Assembly: GCF_006345805.1 (NCBI RefSeq)
Contig: NC_043001.1
Location: 7,502,001 to 7,566,000, forward strand
Length of the DNA: 64,000 bases
Origin: Octopus sinensis
Taxonomy: Eukaryota
Direction of reading: 5' to 3'
In this document: positions 13,856 to 26,210 of the stretch, one piece after another
Numbering within the stretch: position 1 is the stretch's first letter
Layout: each line of letters opens with the position of its first letter
Notes under the pieces: generated by a model
Seen by the model: the letters and a program-made list of their open reading frames with translations, nothing else
Told to the model about the DNA's origin: nothing
Database searches by the model: none
Translations under genes and position numbers: made by a program

Positions 13856-14024
13856 ATTTATTTTATAGAAGGAGCTTCTACAGGACTAGAACGGCTTCAT
13901 TCAAATGAAATCATCATAAATCTAGTCCTGTAGAAGCTCCTTCTATAAAATAAATTAATTTACTTTGCTATGTATTGAGTACCTTATTTACTGTGGTTAA
14001 TCCCGACTCAACCCGGGACCTACA
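13856..14024 (+). mobile_element. PLE-type fold-back element with decayed hammerhead (same family as 25021-26295)
   Basis: Perfect 35-bp inverted arms 13856-13890 / 13921-13955 with a 30-nt spacer; ~70-nt tail nearly identical to 26221-26295, then (TA)n; minus-strand core decayed to AUGAUGA...GAAGC. Confidence 0.75.
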
Positions 14025-14057
14025 TATATATATATATATATATATATATAGATTCAT

Positions 14058-14344
14058 ATATAGTGATTGTATACTGTCAACTTAACGTGACAGTAAGGGA
14101 ATTACACCACCGCTGTTTAGCCCTAGGAAGCATCGACGCTTCCTGTCGGCCTCGACACATTTCCTGTGTCCTTATATATTTACGAAGGGGAGACAAATAC
14201 CCTCAACAGCTCCCCTTCTTAAATATATAAGGACACAGGAAATGTGTCGAGGCCGACAGGAAGCGTCGATGCTTCCTAGGGCTAAACAGCGGTGGTGTAA
14301 TTCCCTTACTGTCACGTTAATTTTACAGTATACAACCACTATAT
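14058..14344. repeat. Long near-perfect inverted repeat (135-bp arms, 17-nt loop)
   Basis: Arms 14058-14192 and 14210-14344 are reverse complements with 4 mismatches by manual comparison. Confidence 0.95.
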
Positions 14345-15285
14345 CGCTCCACGACCGTACATATCTCTATGAGATATTTAGAAATTTAATATTTCTGATT
14401 TATATATAATTATATATAATATATACACACATACATATATAATATATACATATATATAATTATATGTATATATGTGCGTGTATGTGTGTTTAATGATATG
14501 TGAAATACGGTTTTCAAATTTGTCCTCAAAGCTTCCAAAAAATTTCTTTTCTTGGGGCATTCTTCCAAAATTAAGTGAAAAATACGCTTGTTCTTTCCGT
14601 AGTAAATTCTGACTAAACAACTTCAATGTCTGCTACGGTGACAAATTTGTATTCTGTATACCAGAATATCACGTATCACGAGAATGCCTATAAACATGGA
14701 TTGGAAATGATATCACAGTCGTATATCATACATATATTCCTACACACACACACTGACATGCACACACGCGCGTGCACACATACACACACACACACATACA
14801 GATAGATGTATTATAATGTCCGCTTCCCAATGGGAGTATCAATAAAGTATTCAGTCCATGAGAAGTATTATTTCAAATGTTAGAAAATTATGGAAAAATC
14901 ACAACTAAAAAGCTGAAAGCGGTAACGAAAACTACGAATAAAGGCTGTGTCCATTTAAACATTTCGAAATCGTGCTTAAGCCCAAAGGAGATTTTTTGAA
15001 GAATGAAAAAGTACTTTTAGTATAGTTCACAAACTGATCGTCTATATACCTGAAAAATGCTTTTTCTTTCTTCTCAGCGTATCCTTGTATTAACGATGGC
15101 AAAAAACCATGAATGATTTTCTCAACCCATTGAATTTTCTGTTATTCAAACGCCAGTTAAGTACAAACCTGACTCTGCTGCGGTCTGAAGTGCAAAACAA
15201 CGTATTTTAAAACACCAGGATTTCAAGTGGATACTGTAGCAATTCTGCTAGGTGATACACACACACACACACATATGCATGTATT

Positions 15286-15373
<88 letters not shown>

Positions 15374-15921
15374 GTGTATATGTATGTATATATATATATA
15401 TATATGCACACACGTATATATATAGATAAGTATATATACACATATATAGTCTCTCTCAAAGACACAAGAGAACATACACAGACACGTTTGCATACAATTT
15501 TACCATACATGCATATACAAGCTCACATTCATATGTGTGTGTATGTGTGATTTTATTTGCCGTCACAAGTGTATATGTAAATGTATACAACTTAAAAAGT
15601 ATCAAAAATTATGAGATTTTGCTTGTTATTACACTAATACTATAACATTTTCATTACAGGTATTAAAAGAGTTTTAAAGAAAGATGACTGTATCTTAAAA
15701 TCTCCGTTGAACGTCGCGTATTTTAATTTCCAGCAGTATCATAGTTTCTACTCGGAAAATAAATAATCTTCTGTTTGAAGAACTAATACTTTGTTCTTCG
15801 GAAAATATAGTTAATAGCATTTATTTCATACTGCTGTTAATACCTAAGGAAACACACACACACACACGCACACACACACACACACACACACACCACACAC
15901 ACACACACACCACACACACAC

Positions 15922-15970
<49 letters not shown>

Positions 15971-16786
15971 AATAAAAAAATTTTAAAAATGATATTAATT
16001 TCCACTTCACTTTAAAGAAAACATAAGCCGATTGTGCATCATATTAAGTTTGCAGCTTCAGAAATTATTTAACGCTTCCAATGTCTTTGGACTTGTGTTT
16101 GTTAAGAATTTCAGTGAATGAAAATAGATCTGATATAGTAACACTTAATAGAAGTTTTTTTCCCGTTCCCTGCTAGCGTGCAATTTCTAAGTATTGTAAT
16201 GCTAATACAATCTTTCATCAGGCTTAAATGGAATTAAAATATTCCGAGCATAACTTGAGGAAACTAAATTGCTTGCGTGCAAACAAAAATATGTGCAGTA
16301 GCTACAAGTGATACGAAACACTCCTCCTCAAGAAAGACATCGTATAAAAGAATAAAAACACTAAGTGATATTCAATTATATATTTTCTATTTTGCTTTCT
16401 TTGACGGATCTGGTTAAAAAATGTGACCATAGAGGGACTCGAGCAACATATATATAGCACTTCTGACTATACTTTTACCGGCATTTCAGCTGTCGTTACG
16501 TTCTACGTTCAAATAACTTCGATGTCGACATAGACATCATAATATACTTGGGGATAAATTATATAACATTTCATAGGTAAAATTCATGGATTTGTGCTAG
16601 ATTTGGAAACCACTACACGCACACAAAACACAAACAAACACACGTACACACACACACAAACACACATATTTTGCACACACACACACACACACATACATAT
16701 ATTAATAGAAATAGTAAGACAACGATATTATGTAAATAAAGGAACTTATCTGTAAATATAATATGTGACAATTATTCGGTAGCCAT

Positions 16787-16847
16787 GATAAAACTGAAGG
16801 TTTCGGAATTCGGGGCGGAAACCCACGCCGGTATCTCTTCAGTTATC
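16787..16847 (-). ncRNA. Type-I hammerhead ribozyme motif (stem II degenerate)
   Basis: Minus strand: GAUAA-CUGAAGA-[G...GGCG/CGCC...C]-GAAAC-CUUCA-GUU-UUAUC; 5-bp stem I GAUAA/UUAUC; predicted cleavage after 16792. Confidence 0.65.
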
Positions 16848-17672
16848 TGGCCATCGAAAAAATGCTATGAAGATTACCGTTATGCATGCACACACATATG
16901 CACAATAATGATAAGGATTCAGATTGTGTCTGGTTACTTGAAAAGATATGCACCAGGTACGGCTGGATAAACCTGTGATCATCACCTATGGTTGATAAAT
17001 ATTAAATACGATATTCCGGGTGTCTACACAGAGAATACCAACCCTGTAAGTACTCAGTGCTGAGGGGCGGGTCCGAAGGACACTTTAGCTTGATTGTAAG
17101 GTGTAGGTATACTTCAGGTTGAGCGACAAGTCGTAAATGCCTATGGTGTATTATCAAATGAATTATAACAGATGATGGCTAATTTTCAGCACATTACAAC
17201 TGTTTCATACGTATTTTATAAATAAAATAATGAGAATAATACTTCATTGCCAAAAAGAAAAAAACAATACGTAACCATCGCATGAAACATAATTTTAAGA
17301 ACAAGACATTACCCCAAGAATACCGCAGGGACATGGCTGAAGTCTATTGAGGCTTACTATGAAATGGGAGAATGACCACAAAATTGACCGTTGTGATGAA
17401 TAAGGGCTGGAGTTAAGCAAATAATTTACTTTGATGTTACTCCTAGAGTGGCTCTTTCCGAGGTTACAGATGGTGTGTAGGGGATTAAAGTATACAATTT
17501 AATCTATTAGGCTTAGAAAAGTGGGTAACTGCGAGAGAACCGAAGATAAATTAAGATATGAAAATGAAAAAGTAATAAATTAAGGAGTAAAAAGTGAAGA
17601 AATATATAAGTAAATAAGTGGAGTTGAACGCAGATGTTATTAAAATACTTTTACTTTCGACATATGTTTCGA

Positions 17673-17710
<38 letters not shown>

Positions 17711-17830
17711 TAGTTGAATGAATTATCTTGTTATGGATAATTCGGTTAACCGATACCTGGGTAGCAAATTCACATCAGAGAAGACACGTTTGGAGTGTGG
17801 AAATTTGCATGTTTTTTTTTTAAATATAAA

Positions 17831-18112
17831 TATATGAAAGAATTGAGTTGAACGACGAATTAACAAATTCCTTTTTTTTTGACATATGTTTCGAAGGCTG
17901 CATATTCCTAATTGCGAAGGAATAAGGAGTATATTATGCCGCTTTCTCATCAGGAAAAGCAAGGAACTTATGTCAACATCAAGATGCACAAAAAACTTTT
18001 AGATGACTTCTCACACGGAGCCCATAGTGATAATAGTGATAATATGCAGCCTTCGAAACATATGTCGAAAATATAGGAAATTTGTTAATTCGTCGTTCAA
18101 CTCCATTCTTTC

Positions 18113-18118
<6 letters not shown>
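17831..18118. mobile_element. PLE-type inverted-repeat element (~76-78-bp arms)
   Basis: Arms 17831-17906 and 18041-18118 are reverse complements apart from the T-run region; (TA)n follows the right arm; an older copy of the same end lies at ~17615-17680. Confidence 0.8.
17872..17958 (-). ncRNA. Type-I hammerhead ribozyme motif with long stem II
   Basis: Minus strand: UUUUC-CUGAUGA(17953-17947)-GAAAGCGGCAUA...UAUGCAGCCUUC-GAAAC-AUAU-GUC(C17=17881). Palindromic ACAUAUGU stem III. The first stem I pair is C.A here; the plus-strand arm copy has GUC-GAAAA, which would restore it. Confidence 0.75.
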
Positions 18119-18202
<84 letters not shown>

Positions 18203-19177
18203 CATATATATATATATATGCATTCATAAGAATAGAAATCCTAAATAAGGGAATGGAATAGATGAAATCCAGGTTACGTTTGCTTCATGGCTGGCAGTTC
18301 CCACACCTCGGAACTTGTAGTCAATCCGCTACCTCTAAGTTTATCTAAGTTTATCTAAGTTTACGCACTGGGCCATCGATGTCTTAATCAGAATAATTGG
18401 ACATTGGATCCACCTCGGATCCACTGTGGTGCCTCCCAGTTATGTTTCTCGTCAAGGCGAACGTCTTCCATTAGCATTGAACATCTATGACTTCTATGCT
18501 GTATGACATAACGTATAATACAAGGAAATATATTTTGAGGATGCACCAATCTCCATATTCTTTATTATTATAATTCTTACATGCATACGTACAAATATGC
18601 ATAAATGCATACATAACACATTCATATATATACGAAGATAATAGTGTAAGTACAATCATAATTCAGAGCACATCAGGGTTCCTTGATGATAGATGTTACA
18701 GATATCCAACCACTTAAATTATCACTTTATAATTTTCACGTATTGAAATCGAGGATGCAAACTAACGGAAATTCATAAACTATTTCAGATAGTTTTGAAT
18801 TGCTCAATTTATGGATTAGTTTGATAAATATTTCTTCTTCAGCAAAACACAACGAACGAGATAAATGAAATATTTACACATACTCACAGAAAAGCAGATG
18901 CAAAACTACGATTACGCACAAATATCCCAAATATATACGGATGGAATTTCGCAGTCCACCTCATAACATATATTCGGTCTAAATAGTACGGAAGCGACTA
19001 AACTGTCCCGAAGTGAATGGATTATATATGAAAATAATTAAAGGATATAAATATTAAAAATGTTATCAGGGGTAAGCATATAAAATATATACGCATTTAC
19101 GTCAATTCATATATCAAGATTTATAATAGTTTAAAATGCAATTATAATTACGGTGACAAAAGCGTTAAGTGCCTATA

Positions 19178-19538
19178 TACTCTTTTTCTCCCTTACTTGT
19201 TTCAGTCATTTGACTGCAGCCATGCTGCAGCACCGCCTTTAGTCGAGCAAATCGAACCCAATACTTATGTTATTGGTCTCTTTTGCCGAACCGCTAAGTG
19301 ACGGGGACGTAAACACACCAGCATCGGTTGTCAAGCAATGCTAGGGGGACAAATACACACATACATATATACGACAGGCTTCTTTTCAGTTTCCGTCTAC
19401 CAAATCCACTCACAAGGTATTGGACAGACCAAGGGCTATAGCAGAAGACACTTGCCCAAGATGCCACGCAGTAGGACTGAACCCGCAACCATGTGGTTGG
19501 TTAGCAAGCTACTTACCACACAGCCACTCCTGCGCCTA
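19178..19538 (-). mobile_element. SINE group C (small internal deletion)
   Basis: High similarity to 7219-7623. Confidence 0.9.
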
Positions 19539-20061
19539 TGATGAAGATAGATGCTAAATCTAGCCAACCTCTTAAGTTATCACTATATAATTACAACTTG
19601 TTGAAATCGAGGAAACAGATTGAGCGAACTTCAGGAAATTCTTGATATAGTTTCGGATTGGTTAAGTTCTGGATTACTTTCATCATTTTCTCTCGCCATC
19701 AAAACACGCTGAGCGAGATAGATGAAATATTTGTACTTACGCACAGAAAAAACCCCACAAAACTGCGAGCACGCGGTGGTATTCCAAATATATACGTATA
19801 TAATATAAAGAATATATACGTATACATCAATATAGCCATTACTGCGTTTGTATGCGTGTGTGTGTATGTGTGTATGTGTATGTGCCATAAACTCGATATT
19901 GAATTTTTCAACGTAGAATCTTGTTTAATCCTTGGATTTTTAAATTCATGAAAACAAGTTTAGGCTTCTATTAATTATCAATTATTAATTAATCTCTTAT
20001 GGAAGTGCATTACTCCATTCTTCACTCAAGATCTTTCGACATGATATACTATAATAAAATA

Positions 20062-20132
<71 letters not shown>

Positions 20133-20715
20133 TAAGACATTTTGATATTCACGGAAATCTTTTTCCTGCCATACATGCAGTAGATTTGTGAATATTCTGT
20201 GGTACAAGTATATTTGACTTGTATTCCTAGAGCTGTCGGTGTTTGTGTAGTGCTTCCGTGTGCATATATATATATATATATACCTTGTAGTGTATGAATA
20301 TATTGTACAAATTTACCTGTACCGCTGATAACCTCGCTTGCAACACGTGATACTGTTTCAATAATTACTCCTTCTTATATTTCTTAAGAAATAATTTCCC
20401 GCATTTCGTTTGCTTAAATAATGTTTGGCCCCTTCAAACGAACTTTTAAACATATGGGGTTGGGGCATTTTCGTAGTAGTAAGCTGGCAGACTTTGGCTA
20501 AAGAGAAACAGTCATCCATTTGTCACTTATTTCGAAACTGGTAACAAGATGACGAGAGTTCCTTGTCGGGATCTAGCACAGGTAAGACGTTTAATGTTCA
20601 TTGGAATAAATTTTCCCTAGTATGCCTGTAGTAGAATTCTGACTATTCTGTGTTACAGGAGTATATTTCGCTTCTATTTCTAGCGATCTGGTTGCTCATG
20701 TAGTGCTTTTGCGTG

Positions 20716-20754
<39 letters not shown>

Positions 20755-20930
20755 GTATCTATATTTCTCTCTTTCTGTCTCTCTCTGTCTCTCTCGCTCT
20801 CACTATATATATAAATATATAAACAATGAGGGAGATATATTGAATATTAATTTAATTAATATCAATTTCAAACCAGTAGCCTAGCATATATAGAAAATCT
20901 GAAAAATCAGAAAAATTTCCACTACATGTG

Positions 20931-20994
20931 TATATTTAAGGAAACCACTAGGTGGAGAACTAGTGTTTGGTTATCCACCTAATAGTTTCCCTAA

Positions 20995-20999
<5 letters not shown>
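20931..20999. repeat. Short inverted repeat (26-bp arms, 17-nt loop) abutting (TA)n
   Basis: TATATTTAAGGAAACCACTAGGTGGA versus the reverse complement of 20974-20999: 23/26 identical. Confidence 0.8.
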
Positions 21000-21035
<36 letters not shown>

Positions 21036-21116
21036 ATGTCGCAATTTCTGCACCTCAAATATATCAGACATATTGCTATTATCAGCTACCAACACATCAA
21101 TAGACATACATAGATA

Positions 21117-21181
<65 letters not shown>

Positions 21182-21321
21182 ATATATATATACATTTGTA
21201 TACAACGTACATAAAAGCATAACTTTGGTTTGTGCGTCATTTCGATGTTCCTTAACAAAGATGTGAAAACATATATTTGGTAATTCTAATTTTATGTAAA
21301 TAAAATTTGTGAGTGTGTGTT

Positions 21322-21353
<32 letters not shown>

Positions 21354-22541
21354 CATGTGTGTGTAATGCTTAATTAAGTAGATATGATCTTAATTTTGTT
21401 GAAGAATCTATTCTAAATTGGCTTTCATTGAACTTCGTTTCTTAGAATGTACAACTTCAGTATAATTTTACTTTAACATTATATAAGCATGTACTTGCAC
21501 ATGTTGTGTGTGTAGACTATGTAAACACGTATGTATGTGTTTCTGTTTTTGTGAACGTATACAGCACAGCGCTTATAATAGAAAGCAAAGATAATGTTCC
21601 TCGTCGGGTATTTTCGTCTCCAAGTGAAGTTAAATCAGAAGTGTTTGCGTTACTTAGAAAAGTGATCGTCGCGATAAAACTTACGCAAAAAGTAAACGAG
21701 ACAGATATTTAAGCATGTATATACATACGAATACACACTTGCGTGTATACATACATATCTATATATACAAACATATACATACATATATAGATAAATACAT
21801 ATATATATAGATAAATACATATATATATAGATAAATACATATATAGAGAGAGAGACAGAGACAGAGAGAGTCATTCGTATATATACGTATATGCAACTAT
21901 ATAAATGCATATATATATGTACAGGCACATATAGGTATGTATGCATATGCGGTCATGTATGTCTATACAGAATAACTAATTTTTCTTTGCTGTATTTGTC
22001 TTGGCTCCATGTGGCAGTCACAATTTGCAAATAAAACACTATTTTTATAACTGTGGTTTACTCCGTACTAATTACGCAACTTTCTTTGGAGCAACCGTCT
22101 ACAGATATTACTTGATTATTTACTACGCATAAAGAATATATTGAGAATACTTATTCCTGATCTTTGTAAAGTTTGTTAACCCTTGATGCTTCGTTTCTTT
22201 GATCTGAAACACAAAATGTTTTTTCGTAACTAGCTATTTTATTGTAGTCATAATTAATGTATTTAAATTTAGTTGCAAACTAAAATTTCCTTTTCCATAA
22301 TTTCAACTAAAATGTCAATGTGTATGATTCTACCTAAAATTCCAGTTCTGTCCAATTTGTAACTAGTAAATAATCAGCGTAATTTACTTTGCGTCAATTG
22401 TTATTCTTCAATTTTTTAACAGAGAAATCAGGAGCAAAAATATTTAATTATGATTTTCCTTCATAAGTCTGTCAGTTGCCTTCCTACTACATCCTTCTAC
22501 ACTTTGCTCACACAACGTATGGACGCAGTAGCTGTTTTAGT

Positions 22542-22800
22542 GGAGGCACATGGTCTAGTGGAAAGATCAGCGGACACGTGCTGGAGGGTTCGCTGGTTCG
22601 AACTTCAGACCGGGCGATGTGTGTTTATGAGCGAAACTCCTAAGTTCTACGTTACTCAAGCAGAAAGTAATGGCGAACTTCTACTGACGCTTTCGCCACA
22701 ACTTTTCCCCTGCATTTAGCAGCTCCTCTGCGACAGATTGGTTTCCCGTCCATGTGGGGAACCTATACGCCAAAGAAACAGGGAAACCGGCTCTTATTAG
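22542..22800 (+). mobile_element. SINE group B, hybrid body/tail
   Basis: GGAGGCACATGGTCTAGTGG head; body like the 51652/53978 copies (GAGCGAAAC.CCTAAG, CCACAACTTT); tail like the 8621 copy (CCCGTCCA...GGGAAACCGGC). Confidence 0.7.
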
Positions 22801-23459
22801 AAGGAACAACCGACAACAACAACATAGATGTTTTATCCATGATAAAACCGATGTTGCGTCACTTGTTTTAAACCGATTTCGCTGGAGGAGATTATGATAT
22901 TCCATTCTTTAGATAGTCCTGGTAGTGCTTATGAATTCAACACTTATATACACACTACGGTACCAATTCATGGAAAGGACGAATATTTTCTTATACATTA
23001 AGTTCCGGAGTGAATAACTATAAAAACCATGAAACCTACAAGTGAAGGAGCCCAGTCAGACAACTATTTCTCTATATTTATATCTGGCTCTTTCTAACTA
23101 TAAGTCTTTATTTAAAAACGAAAGAAAAACAAGAGTGTCTACAATTTTTCACTAAGTTTTTTCGGCAAGAATTATTTATATCGAAATGATAGTGATATAC
23201 CTATGTCTAGCGTGAATAGTATTGTTTCTCTTTTCTTTCTTATAACATTAACAAATTGAGAAGTATTCGGTAGTCTAATATATTTCAGCATACGCTAAAG
23301 GACATAATTCCAATCATACTAGTTATAAAGAATTTATATAAACGCAAAAACCTATACACACATATAGGATCTGCAAAATATATTTATGTTTCTTGTTTTA
23401 TATTGTTTTCAGTTTATGGCGATCTTATTCTGTCATAGGTTGTGGTGTGTGTCTGTGTT

Positions 23460-23704
23460 GGAGTGCTAATGTTCCATTCTAGTTTTCTATTTTGGCTAGG
23501 TTTATCTTCTATTACGTGAATAGCTTCCGAAATTTGTCGAAGCGTTGCGTTTGTTCAATGTGTAGACAAGATTTTAACTTCTATGTTGTTGAGTGAGCCC
23601 CGTGTTCCCGCTCAGCATACTGGTATAGAGCCGATGAGCTCTTCCATCCAATGCCCACTTACCCGCTCTTCTATCCTCCGTGCTGACTCCCCAACTTACG
23701 TCGT
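23460..23704 (-). mobile_element. Penelope-like element GIY-YIG endonuclease remnant (pseudogenised)
   Basis: Minus translation TT*VGESARRIEERVSGH (YxGET/S motif, Tyr to stop), frameshifted ALYQYAEREHG, then LNNIEVKILSTH*TNATLRQISEAIHVIEDKPSQNRKLEW, typical of the PLE GIY-YIG C-terminus. Confidence 0.75.
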
Positions 23705-23919
23705 TGTCTTGAATAAAATAAATACAATTAAATTAAACGAAAGTGAATAAACAAGGGATACTAATAATGCAGGTATCATACACAATCCCACACACACACT
23801 TACAAAACATAAACACACACAGGGATATGCGCATCCGCAAATAAGACACACCCGGATATATACGCATGCGCAAATAAAGACACATACAACAGGAATACAA
23901 AATGGCAGATTGGCAGATC

Positions 23920-23980
<61 letters not shown>

Positions 23981-24043
23981 TATATGTATGTATGTATATA
24001 CATACAAATATATATATATATATACATATATATATACATATAT

Positions 24044-24091
<48 letters not shown>

Positions 24092-24107
24092 TATATAATT
24101 ATATATA

Positions 24108-24137
<30 letters not shown>

Positions 24138-24141
<4 letters not shown>

Positions 24142-24270
24142 GGGAGAATTCACAAAAGATGAAGACAGGTGGGGAAGACAACAAACAGATGTATTAGTAT
24201 AACGCTTGGGAAGTGAAAATTCTTTAACGTTTCGATCCTACGCTTTTGCATAGAAAGGAACACAGAAAGA
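24138..24270 (-). mobile_element. Short PLE-type end with decayed hammerhead (same family as 48728-48910)
   Basis: Aligns to 48728-48870; minus 24257-24222 reads CUUU-CUAUGCA-A-AAGC-GUAG-GAUC-GAAAC-GUU-AAAG; abuts (TA)n ending at 24137. Confidence 0.6.
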
Positions 24271-24390
24271 TATTAAAAATGTAAAACATGCACAGTGTGT
24301 AACAAGAGACGAGCCAAGCTGTGATATAATATACATTAAGTTGACGAAAATGCATGGACCTGTGGTCTTAGACGAGTTTTGCTTAACCAC

Positions 24391-24401
24391 TAACTAATCA
24401 G

Positions 24402-24449
<48 letters not shown>

Positions 24450-24487
24450 TTGGCTTACTAACTAACTGACTGACTGACTAACTAACT
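24391..24487. repeat. (CTAA)n/(CTGA)n tetranucleotide microsatellite
   Basis: Seen directly. Confidence 0.9.
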
Positions 24488-25033
24488 GCGTGGTTAATTA
24501 TATAGCTAAATAAATAGATAGTTAATTCAATATCTAACTGCTTGAGTAAAACTTGAATATTAAAAATTATATTATATTTTGATTATCTCTTTGAACTACG
24601 AGCGACTTGTGGAAATTTTAATATGTTGCTCATTTGGTACAAGATGGATGTCCCTTAATTTAACGGACTAAGGAATGAAAGCAGCGGCCTAATTTGCTTA
24701 TGAAAGAAACGAACAATTACTAATCTCTCGTAAGTCATCGATCGTTTACAGTTTCGGTGAGAACTTCACCGCATTCGGTTTAATATCACAAATTGTATTT
24801 GCTTTGATATTCGTCATCCAATTCCGATGACGTCATTGTTCATTAGAGGTTTTCATTAAAACAACGGGAACGAAGGAAAACCTGGATAAACTTCATGCAT
24901 TTATTTGCAATTAATACGTTTAGAATCAGATAAGGGCTTTGATTTTAATTTTCCTGATATCACGCACACATATACACTGTCACCTACGCACATATGTATA
25001 TATATATATATATATATTTAATTATATAGAAGG

Positions 25034-25084
25034 AGCTTCTACAAGACTAGAACTGTTTCATTCAAGAGAAATCTTCAGGAAGCT
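25034..25084 (-). ncRNA. Type-I hammerhead ribozyme motif (mirror copy)
   Basis: Reverse complement of 26160-26210 with one change giving a G.U pair in stem III. Confidence 0.78.
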
Positions 25085-25419
25085 AGTTAACAAGAATTGT
25101 ATTGGCATTTATACATTTAGGCAGGTTTAAAGGGGTGGTGGTGGGGGACTTTTTGGGGGGTAGGCATAGCGCAAAATATCATACTTGGGGGAGTGGTCAA
25201 GGAGTCAGTGGTAAATTAGATAAAAGAATAAATAAAAGAATAAAAAAATATATAAAAGAATAGAGTTTTAGGTAAATAAGGAGATTCTCACTTATACCTA
25301 TACACATATGTATACATATATACACACACACACACACACATATACATACACACATACATACACACACACATATACATATATATACACATACATATACATA
25401 CACATATCTACACATACCC

Positions 25420-25460
<41 letters not shown>

Positions 25461-26159
25461 CATACACACATATACATGCATACACATATACACACATGTA
25501 TATATACACACACGACCACACATATATATACACACAAAAAAATATATACATACACACACATACACATACACGCATACACACACATATCCACATACACACA
25601 TGCACACACAACACACAAGTGACTTGTGTGTTGTGTGTGCATGTGTGCATGTGTGTATGTGGATATGTGTGTGTATGCGTGTATGTGTATGTGTGTGTAT
25701 GTATATATTTTTTTGTGTGTATATGTATGTGTGGTCGTGTGTGTATATATACATGTGTGTATATATGTATGCATGTATATGTGTGTATGTATATGTATAT
25801 ATATATATATATATAGATATATATGTATATGGGTATGTGTAGATATGTGTATGTATATGTATGTGTATATATATGTATATGTGTGTGTGTGTATGTATGT
25901 GTGTATGTATATGTGTGTGTGTATATATGTATACATATGTGTATAGGTATAAGTGAGAGTCTCCTTATTTACCTAAAACTCTATTCTTTTATTTATTTTT
26001 TAATTCTTTTATTTATTCTTTTACCTAATTTACCGCTGACTCCTTGACCACTCCCCCAAGTATGATATTTTGCGCTATGCCTACCCCCAAAAAAGATCCC
26101 CACCACCACCCCTTTAAACCTGCCTAAATGTATAAATGCCAATACAATTCTTGTTAACT

Positions 26160-26210
26160 AGCTTCCTGAAGATTTCTCTTGAATGAAACAGTTCTAGTCC
26201 TGTAGAAGCT
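26160..26210 (+). ncRNA. Type-I hammerhead ribozyme motif (best-preserved copy)
   Basis: AGCUUC-CUGAAGA(26166-26172)-U-UUC-UCUU-GAA-U-GAAA(26185-26188)-CAG-UUCUAGUC-CUG-UA(26204)-GAAGCU: 6-bp stem I, 4-bp stem III, GUA cleavage triplet. Confidence 0.8.

Noticed and set aside
16165-16225. Minus-strand CUGAUGA followed by a hairpin and GAAA
   Set aside because: Extra nucleotides before GAAA, and no stem III-closing NUH or stem I.
20540-20587. ATG...CAG|GTAAGA as a first coding exon (MTRVPCRDLAQ)
   Set aside because: Good donor but only 11 codons, with no supporting promoter or homology evidence.
24391-24487. Interstitial telomeric repeat
   Set aside because: The unit is CTAA (TTAG), not CCCTAA or CCTAA.
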